A program made the position numbers and the translations under genes. Of a DNA stretch of 64,000 nt, positions 13,200 through 25,059 are shown one piece after another. The notes beneath the pieces are model-generated. The model was not told where the DNA came from and did not search any database. It saw only the letters and a program-made list of their open reading frames with translations. Where the stretch lies: positions 70,184,001-70,248,000 of the forward strand of contig OX597818.1 of NCBI GenBank assembly GCA_951406725.2, given 5' to 3'. The DNA is from Octopus vulgaris (taxonomy: Eukaryota). Position 1 is the stretch's first letter, and each line of letters starts with the position of its first letter.

Positions 13200-13879
13200 T
13201 ACCGGGGCTAAGCTATTCCTTACGCTGCTTCATATTGATATACAGGCACCATTTTTCGTCGACAGTAACAATTGGGTAAAGAAATCGTTGCTTGTGTTCA
13301 TGAGTTGAGCAGGGACGAGTAAGCAAACCAGCGGAGATTGTGGCTCACTGATTTTTGTTGATGTCCCTTAAAGCATGCAGAACCCATGCTCCATACCTCT
13401 GAACATTTCCTATCGAGTGAAGATGCTTCTCTATAGCAGTGGGGAAGCATTCCATTTTCTCTGCTAGTTTCCTTGTCCTTTGATGAGAATTTTTGTTCAA
13501 CAGTTGGTTTAATTGCTCTTCATTGAACTCAACTGGATGGCCAGAACGAGGTGCATCTTTGAGGTTAAAATTTCCATTTCTGAACTTTGCATACCATTAA
13601 TGAGCAGTTCTTTCAGCTATAGCACCCTCTCCATACACAGCACAAATGTCACAGGTATATTTTGCGACCTTAGAACCTTGATTAAAAGCAAAAAGAAGGA
13701 GGTGTCGAAAATGCTCGTTTTTCTTAACTTGACATTCCATTTTAACGATCTGAAAATAAACAAAAATTAACTAAAACTAACTAAAAGAAAAACAAAATAG
13801 CTTCCAAAATGATTCAAAAATAGAATTCTCAAAGATTCCAAAATCTAAAAAAACCGCAGTAACTTAGCTGCCAACCTAA
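13200..13879 (-). mobile_element. mariner transposon (mellifera-subfamily-like), left TIR plus N-terminal half of transposase; pseudogenised
   Basis: TA|TTAGGTTGGCAGCTAAGT terminal repeat at 13881-13862. ATG at 13740 gives MECQVKKNEHFRHLLLFAFNQG...DAPRSGHP...GAWVLHAL...RFLYPIVTVDEKWCLY, with WVPHEL-like and IVTGDEKW-like motifs. Three in-frame stops; the 3' half is lost. Confidence 0.92.
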
Positions 13880-13880
13880 T

Positions 13881-13973
<93 letters not shown>

Positions 13974-15101
13974 TAAGTATATACATATATATGTATATAT
14001 ACATATATACATATATATATGTATATATACATATATATATATACATACACGTGTGTGTGTGTGTACATTCAGATGTATGTGACTGGCTTTGTGTAATTTG
14101 ATTTGCTGAATTCACTCGAAATGCATTGATTAGCCTGGATCTACAGTATAAGACACTTGTACCTGAAGTGCTGTGAGACTGAACCAAAAATCACATGCGT
14201 GAGAAACAGACTTCTTTAAAATCCATGGCCATACCATACCTGTTTGTTGATCATAGAACTCAGGTGTAAACTATACTTTGCTCATTTTGAACTTGGAATT
14301 CAGAAAGATGAAACTAAATACTGAGAAAGCACTTTAATATTCCGCCCTGAAATTCACTTCTCTTTATTTCTATAATAAATATTATTTATAGTCAAGGTGA
14401 ATGGAAGGCTATAAATATTATTTCTGCAAAAAAACCCGAACACAATGAATGAACACTCAATTAGTATTTGATTTATTAAACAAAATGATTCTAGGGGTAT
14501 AATAAACAAGAGATCATTCGTGTTTATTGAAGAAAACATTTAACATTTTTTTCTGTTTTTATTTGTTTGTTTGTGATATGAACTAATAACAACAACAACA
14601 ACAAATGCCAAGGTAACAATAACAAGTTAACAAAGTTTAAAAAAAAATAATATAAAGAAATACAAAATGAATAAATATGAGGAAATAAACATAACAAACT
14701 GAATAATTATAGAAAACAAGTAAATATAAACAAGAGTAAATTTCTCTCTCTCTTCTCTATCCTCCATTTCTCTCTCTCCCAATCTCTCTCACTCTATATG
14801 CACACACACACACAAACACACACACATACATACACACACACATATATCTGTCTCTCTGATAAATTTCACCCAAACGAAATTTCTTTTGTGTTTTCAAGTA
14901 AAAATATTATTTCCAAAATTGGAGGTCACAAGAGATATAAAGTATATGAATGTTTACACATCACTGTAGACTGATATATGTAGATATTATATATACATTA
15001 TGTATATTTATATATTACACATATGTATAATTTATATAAATATTATTTATATATATCATATATATATATATATATATATGAACATACAAGTATGTGTGCA
15101 A

Positions 15102-15142
<41 letters not shown>

Positions 15143-15584
15143 CACACACACACAATTAAAATAAAAGAGTGATGTATATATATTTATGCTGGAAAGAAAT
15201 GAGAGGTGTTTGGTGTGTACAAGTAGAAAACTGAAGATAACTATGGTGGAAAATATGTAAGCAGCCAATATATCTGAACTGATAACATCTATAAATTTAT
15301 AATTAAATTTTGTGGACTTGCAATAATCGTAATTCGTTTTGAGCAGAAACTTTTGACATATAAGACTGTCAAGTTTCCATTTGAATGACCTTCCAATAGA
15401 TTTCGTATCAAGGTGGGGATGTTGCCAGATGAATATATGTTCCTCTTTGCGTTTGTATACATCAGCATCATCAGCATCGACATTTTAATGTCCCCCATTT
15501 TTCATGCTTGCATTGGTCAGACAGAGTATATTAAGGTAGAGTTTCTAGAGTTCTGGAATTCAAGGTACTTTGAATGGGCAGGGG

Positions 15585-16620
15585 CTATGCGGAACTGGTG
15601 CAGGAAGCAGCCCGGGTCTTTGCAGTCACAGCATATCTCCAGAGATCTCGGTCCTTCGCCATTGCCTCAGTGAGGCCCAACACTCTGAGGTCATGCGTGA
15701 CTACCTCATCCCATGTCTTCCTGGGTCTACCTCTCCCCCTGATACCTTCAACTGTTTGGGAGTGGCACTTCTTCACACATCTCTCCTCATCCATCTGCAG
15801 TGCATGACCATACCATCGCAAGCGTCGCTCTTGCACACCACATCTGATGCTTCTTATGTCCAGCATTTTTCTCGGGGTGCTTACCCTCTGTCGTGCACGC
15901 ACACTGACATTACACATCCAGTGGATCATGCTAGCTTCATTCCTTTCAAGTCTACGCATGTCCTCTGCAGTCACAGCCCATGTTTCACTACCGTGAATCA
16001 TGGCAGTTCGCACACATGCTTCATACAATCTACCTTTCACTTTGAGCGAGAGACCCTTTGTTGCCAGTAGGGGTATGAGCTTTCTGAACTTTGCCCAGGC
16101 TATTCGTATTCTAGTGGTGACACTCTCTGAGCATCCACCTCCACTACTAACTTGGCCACCCAGGTAGCGGAAACTATCAACTACTTCTAGTTTCTCCCCC
16201 TGGAGTGTGATGGAATCTGTTTTCTGAGTATCTGTGGTGTCTATTGTCCCTGTGCATCTGCTGCACATGAAAGCTATCTTATCAGTTAATTTCCCTTTGA
16301 TGTTGCTGCACCTCTTATGCGTCCATAGCTTACACTGGGTGCATCTTATGGAGTTTCTACCTACACCTTTCCTACAGATCGAGCAGGGCCACCTGCCCGA
16401 GGGTGTGTGTGCTCTGTTCGCCTTTCTGCTTACTATAACTTTGGTCTTTGCTACATTTACTCTAAGGCCCTTTGATTCTAACCCTTGCTTCCACACCCGA
16501 AATTTCTTTTCTAGTTCCGGTAGTGAGTCTTGCAATGAGAGCCAGGTCATCAGCATAGAGGAGCTCCCAGGGGCAACCTGTTTTGAATTCCTCTGTTATT
16601 GCCTGGAGGACTATGATGAA
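15585..16620 (-). mobile_element. RTE LINE, 5'-truncated ORF (RT from motif 4/5 onward, with inserted PHD finger, thumb and C-terminus)
   Basis: PWELLYADDL at ~16540-16575, one frameshift, then the 323-aa ORF with LRVNVAKTKVIV, a C4HC3 finger, LEVVDSFRYLG, HGSETW, RLRWYGH and GRGRPRKTW. Confidence 0.95.
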
Positions 16621-16634
16621 TAAATATATATAGA

Positions 16635-16798
16635 CTTTATTTAAAGCAGCAGTCCGTTCGTCAGACAGTTTTTGCTAGAGTAACTCAGAGTAACAGGTTT
16701 TGTTGAATTTTCTGCTCCTTTAAATAAAGCATATTACTCTACCACTGGTATTTGAGTACTCTTTTTTCCACATTGTTTCACATTTATGTGTTTACTCC

Positions 16799-16800
<2 letters not shown>
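16635..16800. mobile_element. Fold-back PLE terminal-repeat remnant with split hammerhead halves
   Basis: CTTTATTTAAAGCAGCAG (16635-52) is inverted against CTGCTCCTTTAAATAAAG (16712-29). The minus strand reads CTGT-CTGACGA-ACGG and the plus strand reads AAC-TCAGA-GTA-ACAG. Flanked by (TA)n. Confidence 0.55.
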
Positions 16801-16839
<39 letters not shown>

Positions 16840-17367
16840 GGATGAATGAATTATCCTTTGTTTACCGTTAACATGGAAAATATATATATTTCAAAAATTT
16901 ACAAAAACATAACAAACAAAAAATTCATAGCAAATTCCTCATCAGTCAACGTCCCAAATATTTTTAGAATTTTGTGCCTTCTGCATTGATATTGTTCGCT
17001 TTTGGTGCTGTCAGTTGCGACAATCCACTGGGAGTAGCAAATAAATCTACCGGACAATGACAAAAACAAACACAACAAAATAAAAGATACATATACAACG
17101 TAAAAAGCCATGCAGCCACAAGACCACCAGATGTGGGGTAATGCAAAGGAAAATAAAAATGGTGTGTAGGAGTGGAGATGGAAGATGGAGAGACAGAAAG
17201 TCAGAATGAAAGAAGAAGGGAGGGAAAGAAAGAGGAATAGAGAGGGAGGAAGGCAAGAGAGATGCAAAGAAAGAAAAACTGATAGAAAGACATGTCCTAT
17301 ATGTGTATGTATATGTATATGTATGTGTATGTGTATGTATATGTATATGTGTATGTTTAGGTATATA

Positions 17368-18217
17368 CAGGGTGCAATGGGTAAGTTGTCGCCATTTTAT
17401 AGATTTAATTATGTGCATGTGCATTGTTTTTGATTTTGTTGGCTGCACAGTATAGAAGGGTCAGTTGGGCAGCATCTGTAAGAAAAACTGCATCATGATA
17501 CAATTCACTCTGCCAGAAATTGGGAACAACCATGTTGTACTGCTTGGCATTTGCATGAGAAGCTCCGATACAAACATTTCAGAGTGTTTGAGTCTCAGTC
17601 TGAGGACATGTACTGAGGGTGATAAAAATCAAACATCCAGTCAACATCAAGGTATTTGGAGTGATCCCTACTAATGGTGATGTTATGCCACCATTCATCT
17701 TCCCACACAGCATCAGACTGAACACAGAAGACTATTTCAAGTGCTTGGAGGAGATAGTGCTGCCCTGGGTCAAGAGGGTGGCTTCTGGAAGACAACCCTA
17801 TGTCTGGCAACAGGACCCTGCACCACGCCACACAAGCAGAAGACCCCAGTCATGGCTGTCAGATAATTTCTGCAACCACATCACCCCTAACATCTAGCCA
17901 CCTAACTCTCCAGACTGCAGCCCCCTTGATTATTATGTGTGTGGTACAGTTGTAACACCAAAGATGAACTGAAGGCAAGGATTATGGCACCATTCACCAA
18001 CTTGTTTAACAAGGAGATCATCCAGAAGAGTTGCAGGAGATTCCCAAGCCGTCTGGAGGCTGTGGTTGAAGCCCATGGCAATTTTATTGAATAAATTTAC
18101 TCTTTAGTATTTCAAGATATTTTAATGTAATTTTGGTAAATATATCTGTTAAAATAAGATGTCTAAGTTATTTTCACTTTTGCGTAATTTAGACAACAGT
18201 TTATTCACTGCAACCTG
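17368..18217 (+). mobile_element. Tc1/mariner maT-family (DD37D) transposon, internally deleted
   Basis: TA|CAGGGTGCAATGG...CACTGCAACCTG|TA ends. Transposase YVWQQDPAPRHTS...PPNSPDCSPLDYYV has 37 residues between the 2nd and 3rd catalytic Asp, counting an in-frame stop. Confidence 0.9.
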
Positions 18218-19515
18218 TATGTAAATATATGTATTCTTTCCCTTGTCTGCTATGGTTCTAATGCTTTCCACCCACACCCTTTACTGTCAACATCTACTCT
18301 CTGCTGTCTATTTACCCCAAATTCATACGTATCACTGGGGCCACCACCCGATCTACCATTCACTATATTCACCCTTCAACTTTAGTTAGTTTCTACAGTT
18401 GTCACCTACTCTTCCCTACTATCCACACCTGTATCTTTCAACACCTGTTCTTCTTTATATTCCCCCTCATCCATTTCTCACCTCTTACTTTTCCTTATCT
18501 TTGTACCCTCCACCCACTCACACTCTCAATTCTCCTCTTCCCATTCTCTTCCACTCATCTTGTACGTTGAATATCCACCCAGACACCTCATCACCATGGT
18601 TTTTGTCTCTTTTTTCTTCAGCTCCATCCGGGACACTCCCACCCTTTCTTCTGACCATTAAGCTCCTCAACAGTGAGAAACCCATCCTGTGCTGGTCTTT
18701 TCTCTCATCCTTTAATCCTTCATCCTTTTGCATAAAGCCATTTCCTCCCCAACTGCAGCCCTACCCCCTTAAAGGATATCCTAGTCTTACAGGCTCAATG
18801 GCTATCTCACATGAGCTAATGTCATAACAACAGATCCCAGAGCATTCTGTTAAGGGGTTAGCATTGGGAAAGGCATCCAGCCAGGTAAAAGGGAGTATGG
18901 GAGTCTGATGTAGAAATTGATCCCATCAGATTCTGGCTCATCATCATCCATAGAATATGAACTTTAAATGATGATGATGATGAGGAGGAGGAGGAGGAGG
19001 AGGACGAAGATTCTCTCCCACCTTTTGTCTTTCTCTTACTCCTCCATCTCTTACTCTTTCTCTCTCTTTCTCATTTTCTGTGTGTGTGTGTGTGTGCATA
19101 TAAGTATACATATATATATATATATATATAGACACACGCATTCTTTTTCCTCTACTCAACCATCCTTTTCTCCCTCTTTCTTCTCCTCTCTCTCTTTCTT
19201 TCTCTTTTCTCCTCTCTTTCTCTCTCTTTCTCTCTACTTTGCTTTTCTACAGGTGTGGTGCAATAACTAAATCTAAAGACAACTTCATAGAAAATTTATG
19301 ATGTAAACAGAACAATGTTTACTATTCCAAATATTACCAAAGTTTAGCACATCCTGTTGGCTTTTTTCAAAGACACTTAAACCAAACACATATCTTGAGA
19401 AACTTTGTTATCAGCAGTGGTGGGGGTGGGGGTGGCAGTGGTAAGGGGGAAGATAGGTTCATTGTCAAGAAGAGTCTCTTTTGTAATACTTTTATATTCC
19501 AGGAAAATATGCTTG

Positions 19516-19559
<44 letters not shown>

Positions 19560-21299
19560 CACACACACATATGTATGTATATATGTATGTGTATATTTAT
19601 ATGTATATATATACGTGTATATGTATGTATAATTATATTTATATATATGTGTGTATATATATATATGTATATATATGAATGTATATATAAATGCTATGTA
19701 TATATATATATATATGTATATATATATGTATATATTTATATATGTGTATAATTATATGCATATATATGTGTGTGTATATATATGTATATATATGAATATA
19801 TATATAAATGCTATGTATATATATGTATGTATATATATATGTGTGTGTGTGTGTGTGTATACACATATATATGTGTACTTACACACAGACACACAAACAC
19901 TCACACACGGTTTTTGCTGTGATGGATAAAACAAAACAGAACCATATCTGAAAGCAACCCAAGATTCTTACTCCTGGATCAAAGGTTCGTTTGACCAGGT
20001 TTAATCTGGGACTAAATAACGATAGCAACTCTATGACACTTTAGTCTTGTATGTATGTAGGGAGCTGTTCTTCTCTCAAAGCTTGAAAATCTGTGATCTA
20101 AGGCTGAATACTGAACCCTTAATCTATAAGTTGTAGATGACATGTTTTGTCAGTTGACAGAAACTCCTAATTGAACACCAACAAAATGTGTGTGTGTGCA
20201 CCTGCTTGTGTGTGTTTCAGTGTATATGTATAATTATGTACTCAGGTGTGTGTGTGTGTTTAGATATGTGTGCAAATATAAATGGGTATATCTACTTAGA
20301 CTATATATCCTATGTATCTACTTAGACTCAATTCAATTTGATGCTGTATTTCAGATGTAAAATAAAGTGTAAATAAAGGCACACACACATGGATATATAT
20401 TTATGTATGTGTTTGTATATATTAATGTGCTCACACACATGCACACACATCAATATATAAAGATGTGTGCGTGTGTGTGTGTGCTGAGCAAAAGAAAAAG
20501 GAGAAATTTTTTTCTTATTCTTCTTTTGGTTTCAGTAAACATTTCTCTCTCATTCATATATTTTAAAATGACTTAATAAATAGTATCTTATGATTTATAT
20601 TCTCTCCTGCTATTTTTGGAAAGTTGGAACCAGCTCTGGATACATAAAATAACTGACTGCAATCAATGACAAGTGAACTACCTTTAGATATTCCCTGTGT
20701 GCATTAATAATATATCATTGATTTCATTTCTTCCTGTAGTGTCTCTCAGTGATAAAATGCTTTCGGAATGTTGCTTGTCCTGCTTAATAAATTTTATTAC
20801 TCTTGGGTCAGTAAGGTTATATTTTTTATTGCTTTAATTATCTAACAGACAGGATATTGGCTGTCTGCTAGTCTACTAGTCTAGAGATTGTGCAGTGCTG
20901 AGTTTGTTCTGATTTTTCAATCTTCATTTTGGGGCAAGAATTTATGTTACTGGATGTGAAATCAGCATGTCTTTGAATTTCAAGGATGGTTTTAGTGTCT
21001 ATTGTGCTAAAGGTACTTCACATATGTCATGGTTTACCTGTAACTTTAAAGTGAATTATAAACGATGTTGTCATGAAGATATAGGCCCACCTGGCTGCTA
21101 CAACAGATCAAGAGGTCCATACCTAATCTATGGATGCCATGATTTTCTTTCAACTGCTGTTGACTCCATACTGTTGTTTTTGCCCATGCTTTTATAAATG
21201 GTGGAAGAATGGTTTTACCTCTGGACACTAATTATATTTGTTGTGTCATCTGTTTATAGTGACAAGTTCATAACAACTTGTGGGAAGGGATGAAGGCCA

Positions 21300-21530
21300 T
21301 AAGCACCATCCGTCCGTGGCCATTTACCAGCCCCGTATGGCACCTGTGCGGGTGGCACATAAAAAGCACCCACTACACTCACGGAGTGGTTGGCATTAGG
21401 AAGGGCATCCAGCTGTAGTAACACTGCCAGATCAGACTGGGCCTGGTGCAGCCTTCAGGCTTCCCAGACCCCAGTTGAACCGTCCAACCCATGCTAGCAT
21501 GGAAAGCGGACGCTAAATGATGATGATGAT
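21300..21530 (+). mobile_element. RTE tail copy
   Basis: Last hairpin unit, conserved block and (GAT)n. Confidence 0.85.
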
Positions 21531-21560
21531 GCTTCTAATAAATGGGGTTCACCGACCAAG

Positions 21561-21955
21561 CAGGCATGGTTATGTGGTAAGAAGCTTGCTTACCAACCAC
21601 ATGGTTCTTGGATCAGTCTTGCTGTGTGGCACCTTGCGCAAGTGTCTCCTACTATAGCCTTGGCCTGACCAAAGCCTTGTGAGTAGATTTGGTAGATGGA
21701 AACTGAAAGAAGCCCATTGTATGTATGCGTGTGTGTGTGTGTGTACGTGTGTGTCTATGTTTGTCCCCCCACCATCGCTTGACAACCAATGTTGGTGTGT
21801 TTATATCCCCATAATTTAGCAGTTCAGCAAAAGCAACCGATAGAATAAGTACTAGATTTACACAGAAAATGTCCTGGGGTCAATTTGTTCTACTAAAGGC
21901 AGTGCTCCAGCATGGTCACAGTCAAATGACTGAAACAAATAAAAGAATAAAGAAT
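21561..21955 (+). mobile_element. tRNA-derived SINE family A, long form
   Basis: tRNA-like head, CCTTGCGCAAGTGTC, central (TG)n, second half ending GACTGAAACAAATAAAAGAATAA. Confidence 0.85.
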
Positions 21956-22882
21956 AATTAAAAAGAGAAAAAGGATATATATATATGTATATATATGTGA
22001 GAATAAATATTTATTTATGTCTGTCTATATATACTGATATACATGTACACATGAATATATATTATGTAGATGGGGTTAAAATCTGAACTGTGTCATCTTG
22101 AAGCATGTCTGCTTATTTCTGTATTCCAAATCCTTAGGAAGATGTTATATTTGTCTGAAGTTTTCATAAGAGTTGAAAATACTGGACAATATTTTGTGCA
22201 GAGTAATATCATCAAAACAGGAGATCAGGAAATTTTTTGGTATCATTGTGTTTCATTTGCTAACAGGAGTTACTAATTTGTACATGTTGTAGAAAACATG
22301 TAGGATATCTCTTATCAGAAATTCTAGAGACAGAGAATCAAATGAAAAACTTTCCAATCTCCTCTTTTGCTATGAGCAAATATGAGTGTGTGTGTGTGAG
22401 AGTCACTTCATTTCATTTAATAACTAGTGTTTCCCAAGCTGGATTGGACATGTCACCACAATCCAAGTCTTAAAAGACAGAGACCACAGACAGAGGTTCT
22501 TACGTGTCATTCAGGTGGGTTTCTAAGGCTTGATACCCTTCCTATTCCTAATTACTTTATGGATTGTACTCTTGATGATTTTCTTGTAGCACCAGTTGTG
22601 TTTGTGTGTGTGCTGCTAGTCATCTTTGCCTGTATCCAATACTGCCAATGTAATTATGAAAAGTTGTGATAAACTCTCCCAATATTCCACAGAACAATTT
22701 AAGCAAATACATAGCAGAATTCTCTCCCACCTTTCAGTAAGAATTAATAGATTTAAAAGAATATCTAATGTCCAATTCGTTACTGCTGTGACATTGCTTC
22801 CATCAAGTTGACAGCAAAAATTGCAGTTTCACTCCATGTCTTCCTCTCAAAATAAACATACATATACGTAGATGTATGTATA

Positions 22883-22933
<51 letters not shown>

Positions 22934-23149
22934 GTGAACAAATCGCAATATGCATGATGTATTTAACTATCACTTCATCAGATTGTTTTCTCTGTCCTAT
23001 CTATCCATCTCTCTGTATTTATATATATATATATATTTAATAAAGATGTATTATTACCATTATTAATGATTAATGATATTAATAAGGTAATAATAAGGTT
23101 GCTAGCAGGTTCACACCGTTACAGGCACAATATTAGCTAATATGAGAAT

Positions 23150-23421
23150 CAGTAGGGTATATAATACCACTTGTTAAAATCAGAATCAATGCTCCAAAAC
23201 CACTAAAGATACACACAAACAGTGCAATGAACAGACGAGAAATAGATTTACCTTTGCATTGAATGCATCAACAAGTAATGTATAGCAATTCATTTCACCC
23301 TCTCAATGACCAACACAGACTGGGATGTTCAGTTGAAAATAACATTTTAACATCTATTTTATTGTGAGTTTCTGGTGGTCTTGGAGCATTGGATCAGATT
23401 TTAGCAAGTGGCACCCTACTG
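23150..23421. mobile_element. MITE-like element with ~55-bp imperfect TIRs (CAGTAGGGT...ACCCTACTG)
   Basis: Left end CAGTAGGGT(ataata)ACCACTTGTTAAAATCAGAATCAATGCTCCAAAACCAC; reverse complement of right end CAGTAGGGTGCCACTTGCTAAAATCTGATCCAATGCTCCAAGACCAC. Confidence 0.7.
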
Positions 23422-23804
23422 ATATATATATATACATATCTTCTCTCTCTCTCTCTTTCTCTCTCACATGCACACATGCATATATATATGAAGTAAGTTT
23501 CAATTGAATTAGGTACTTAAACTGAGGCACCTTGTTAGGCCAGAATAATATACACACACAACAATATTACGAGAATAGCAAACTTGGTGCATAAGTACTG
23601 ACTGAATGATATTCTTGCAGTGTATGTAGACAATGAGACCCAACTGAGTGAAGAAATCCACTCTTGAGCTGAGGGAAACACATACGCCACAGAAAATGGG
23701 AAACCAGGCTCATGAGCCTGGCTGGGCTTGAGAAGGGCAACGTATATTGTTATATATATATATATAGCTGTCTCCCTGTCTATCTATCTATCAATATATT
23801 GAAC

Positions 23805-24146
23805 CAGCCAGGATCCCTGGTCTGGTGGTACGTAAAAAGCACTATCCGACTCGTGGCCGATGCCAGCGCCGCCTCGACTGGCTTCCGTGCCGGTGGCACA
23901 TAAAATACACCAATCCGACCGTGGCCGTTGCCAGCCTCGCCTGGCACTGTGCAGGTGGCACGTAAAAAGCAGCCACTACACTCACGGAGTGGTTGGCGTT
24001 AGGAAGGGCATCCACCTGTAGAAACATTGCCAGATAAGACTGGAGCCTGGTGCAGCCTTCTGGCTTCCCAGATCCCCGCTCAAACTGTCCAACCCATGCT
24101 AGCATGGAGAACGGACGTTAAACGATGATGATGATGATGATGATGA
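23805..24146 (+). mobile_element. RTE tail copy (3 hairpin units)
   Basis: Same units and tail as 888-1620; CpG-rich, so probably young. Confidence 0.88.
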
Positions 24147-24371
24147 TATATATATATATATATTTTGTGAAATAGAAAGATGAATAATCTTATTGCAGAT
24201 TAATCAAAAGTTTAACCGATACCTTGGTAGCAAAAATCACAGTAGAAGACAGCACGGTTGGAGGTACAACCATATGGTGTTGCAACCATGCATTGGTGTG
24301 GATAATTGAATTTTAATATTATTAGTGAATTGAAGAAATGGAGTTGAACGAAGATTGAACAGAAATCGTTT

Positions 24372-24464
24372 TATTGCATTCTACACGTGTTTCGAAAGCC
24401 ACAATTTACCAAATTATGATTGAATAAGGAGACCATATTGTGTCTTTCTCTTCAGGAAGAAATA
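24372..24464 (-). ncRNA. Type I hammerhead ribozyme (PLE type), left arm
   Basis: Minus strand TTC-CTGAAGA-GAAAGACACAAT...ATTGTGGCTTTC-GAAA-CACGTG-TA-GAA. Confidence 0.8.
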
Positions 24465-24574
24465 GGAAATCCGTTGGCAAAAACAAAAACAGAACAGAGG
24501 CGCAGCAAAACAAATCGAACGAGGCTCCTAAGAGCCCATGGCCAAACTGTTTTTGTTTTTGCCAACGGATTTCC

Positions 24575-24667
24575 TATTTCTTCCTGAAGAGAAAGACACA
24601 ATATGATCTCCTTATTCAATCGGAATTTGGTAAATTGTGGCTTTCGAAACACGTGTAGAATGCAATA
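24575..24667 (+). ncRNA. Type I hammerhead ribozyme (PLE type), right arm
   Basis: Stem I TATT..TTC/GAA..AATA; core CTGAAGA (24584-90); stem II GAAAG-a-CACAAT/ATTGTG-g-CTTTC; GAAA (24646-49); palindromic stem III CACGTG; GUA cleavage triplet ending at 24657; AATAAA follows. Confidence 0.82.
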
Positions 24668-24717
24668 AAACGATTTCTGTTCAATCTTCGTTCAACTCCA
24701 TTTCTTCAATTCACTAA

Positions 24718-24770
<53 letters not shown>

Positions 24771-24818
24771 GTATGTAACAGAGCTGTACTTGCATAGCAG
24801 GTGACCTGAAGCAAAAAC

Positions 24819-25017
24819 AATTGCAGCGTGGAAGGTGACTATAAGCCATTTAAGAAACACTGAAAAAATTCCATACAGCACGGAATTTTGTCAGTGATCA
24901 GGTCATGGTCTCATAGAGATGGAAATATTTTGGCAAATTAAATTTAAATATTGAAGTGAATGTAACGGTTTTTCTGTGTTTCTTAAATGGCTTATAAACA
25001 CCTTCCATGCTGCAATT
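24819..25017. repeat. Second fold-back element (asymmetric, left arm internally deleted), probably PLE-derived
   Basis: Outer arms 24819-24860 / 24976-25017 and inner hairpin 24858-24874 / 24880-24896. Confidence 0.75.
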
Positions 25018-25028
25018 ATGTGTGTGTG

Positions 25029-25059
<31 letters not shown>

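Larger units (their letters stand above)
24314..24725. repeat. Near-perfect inverted repeat (179-bp arms, 54-bp spacer); inverted PLE terminal repeats
   Basis: 24314-24492 is the reverse complement of 24547-24725, with 3 mismatches by manual comparison. Confidence 0.95.

Noticed and set aside
20940-21230. Possible CR1/L2 APE endonuclease relic (also ~39100-39510 and a CR1-like 3' piece at ~22070-22340)
   Set aside because: Only faint motif resemblance; too decayed to call without a profile search.
22931-22983. Minus-strand CTGATGA-AGTGA...TCAC running into (TA)n
   Set aside because: The 3' half is absent, so it cannot be told from chance.
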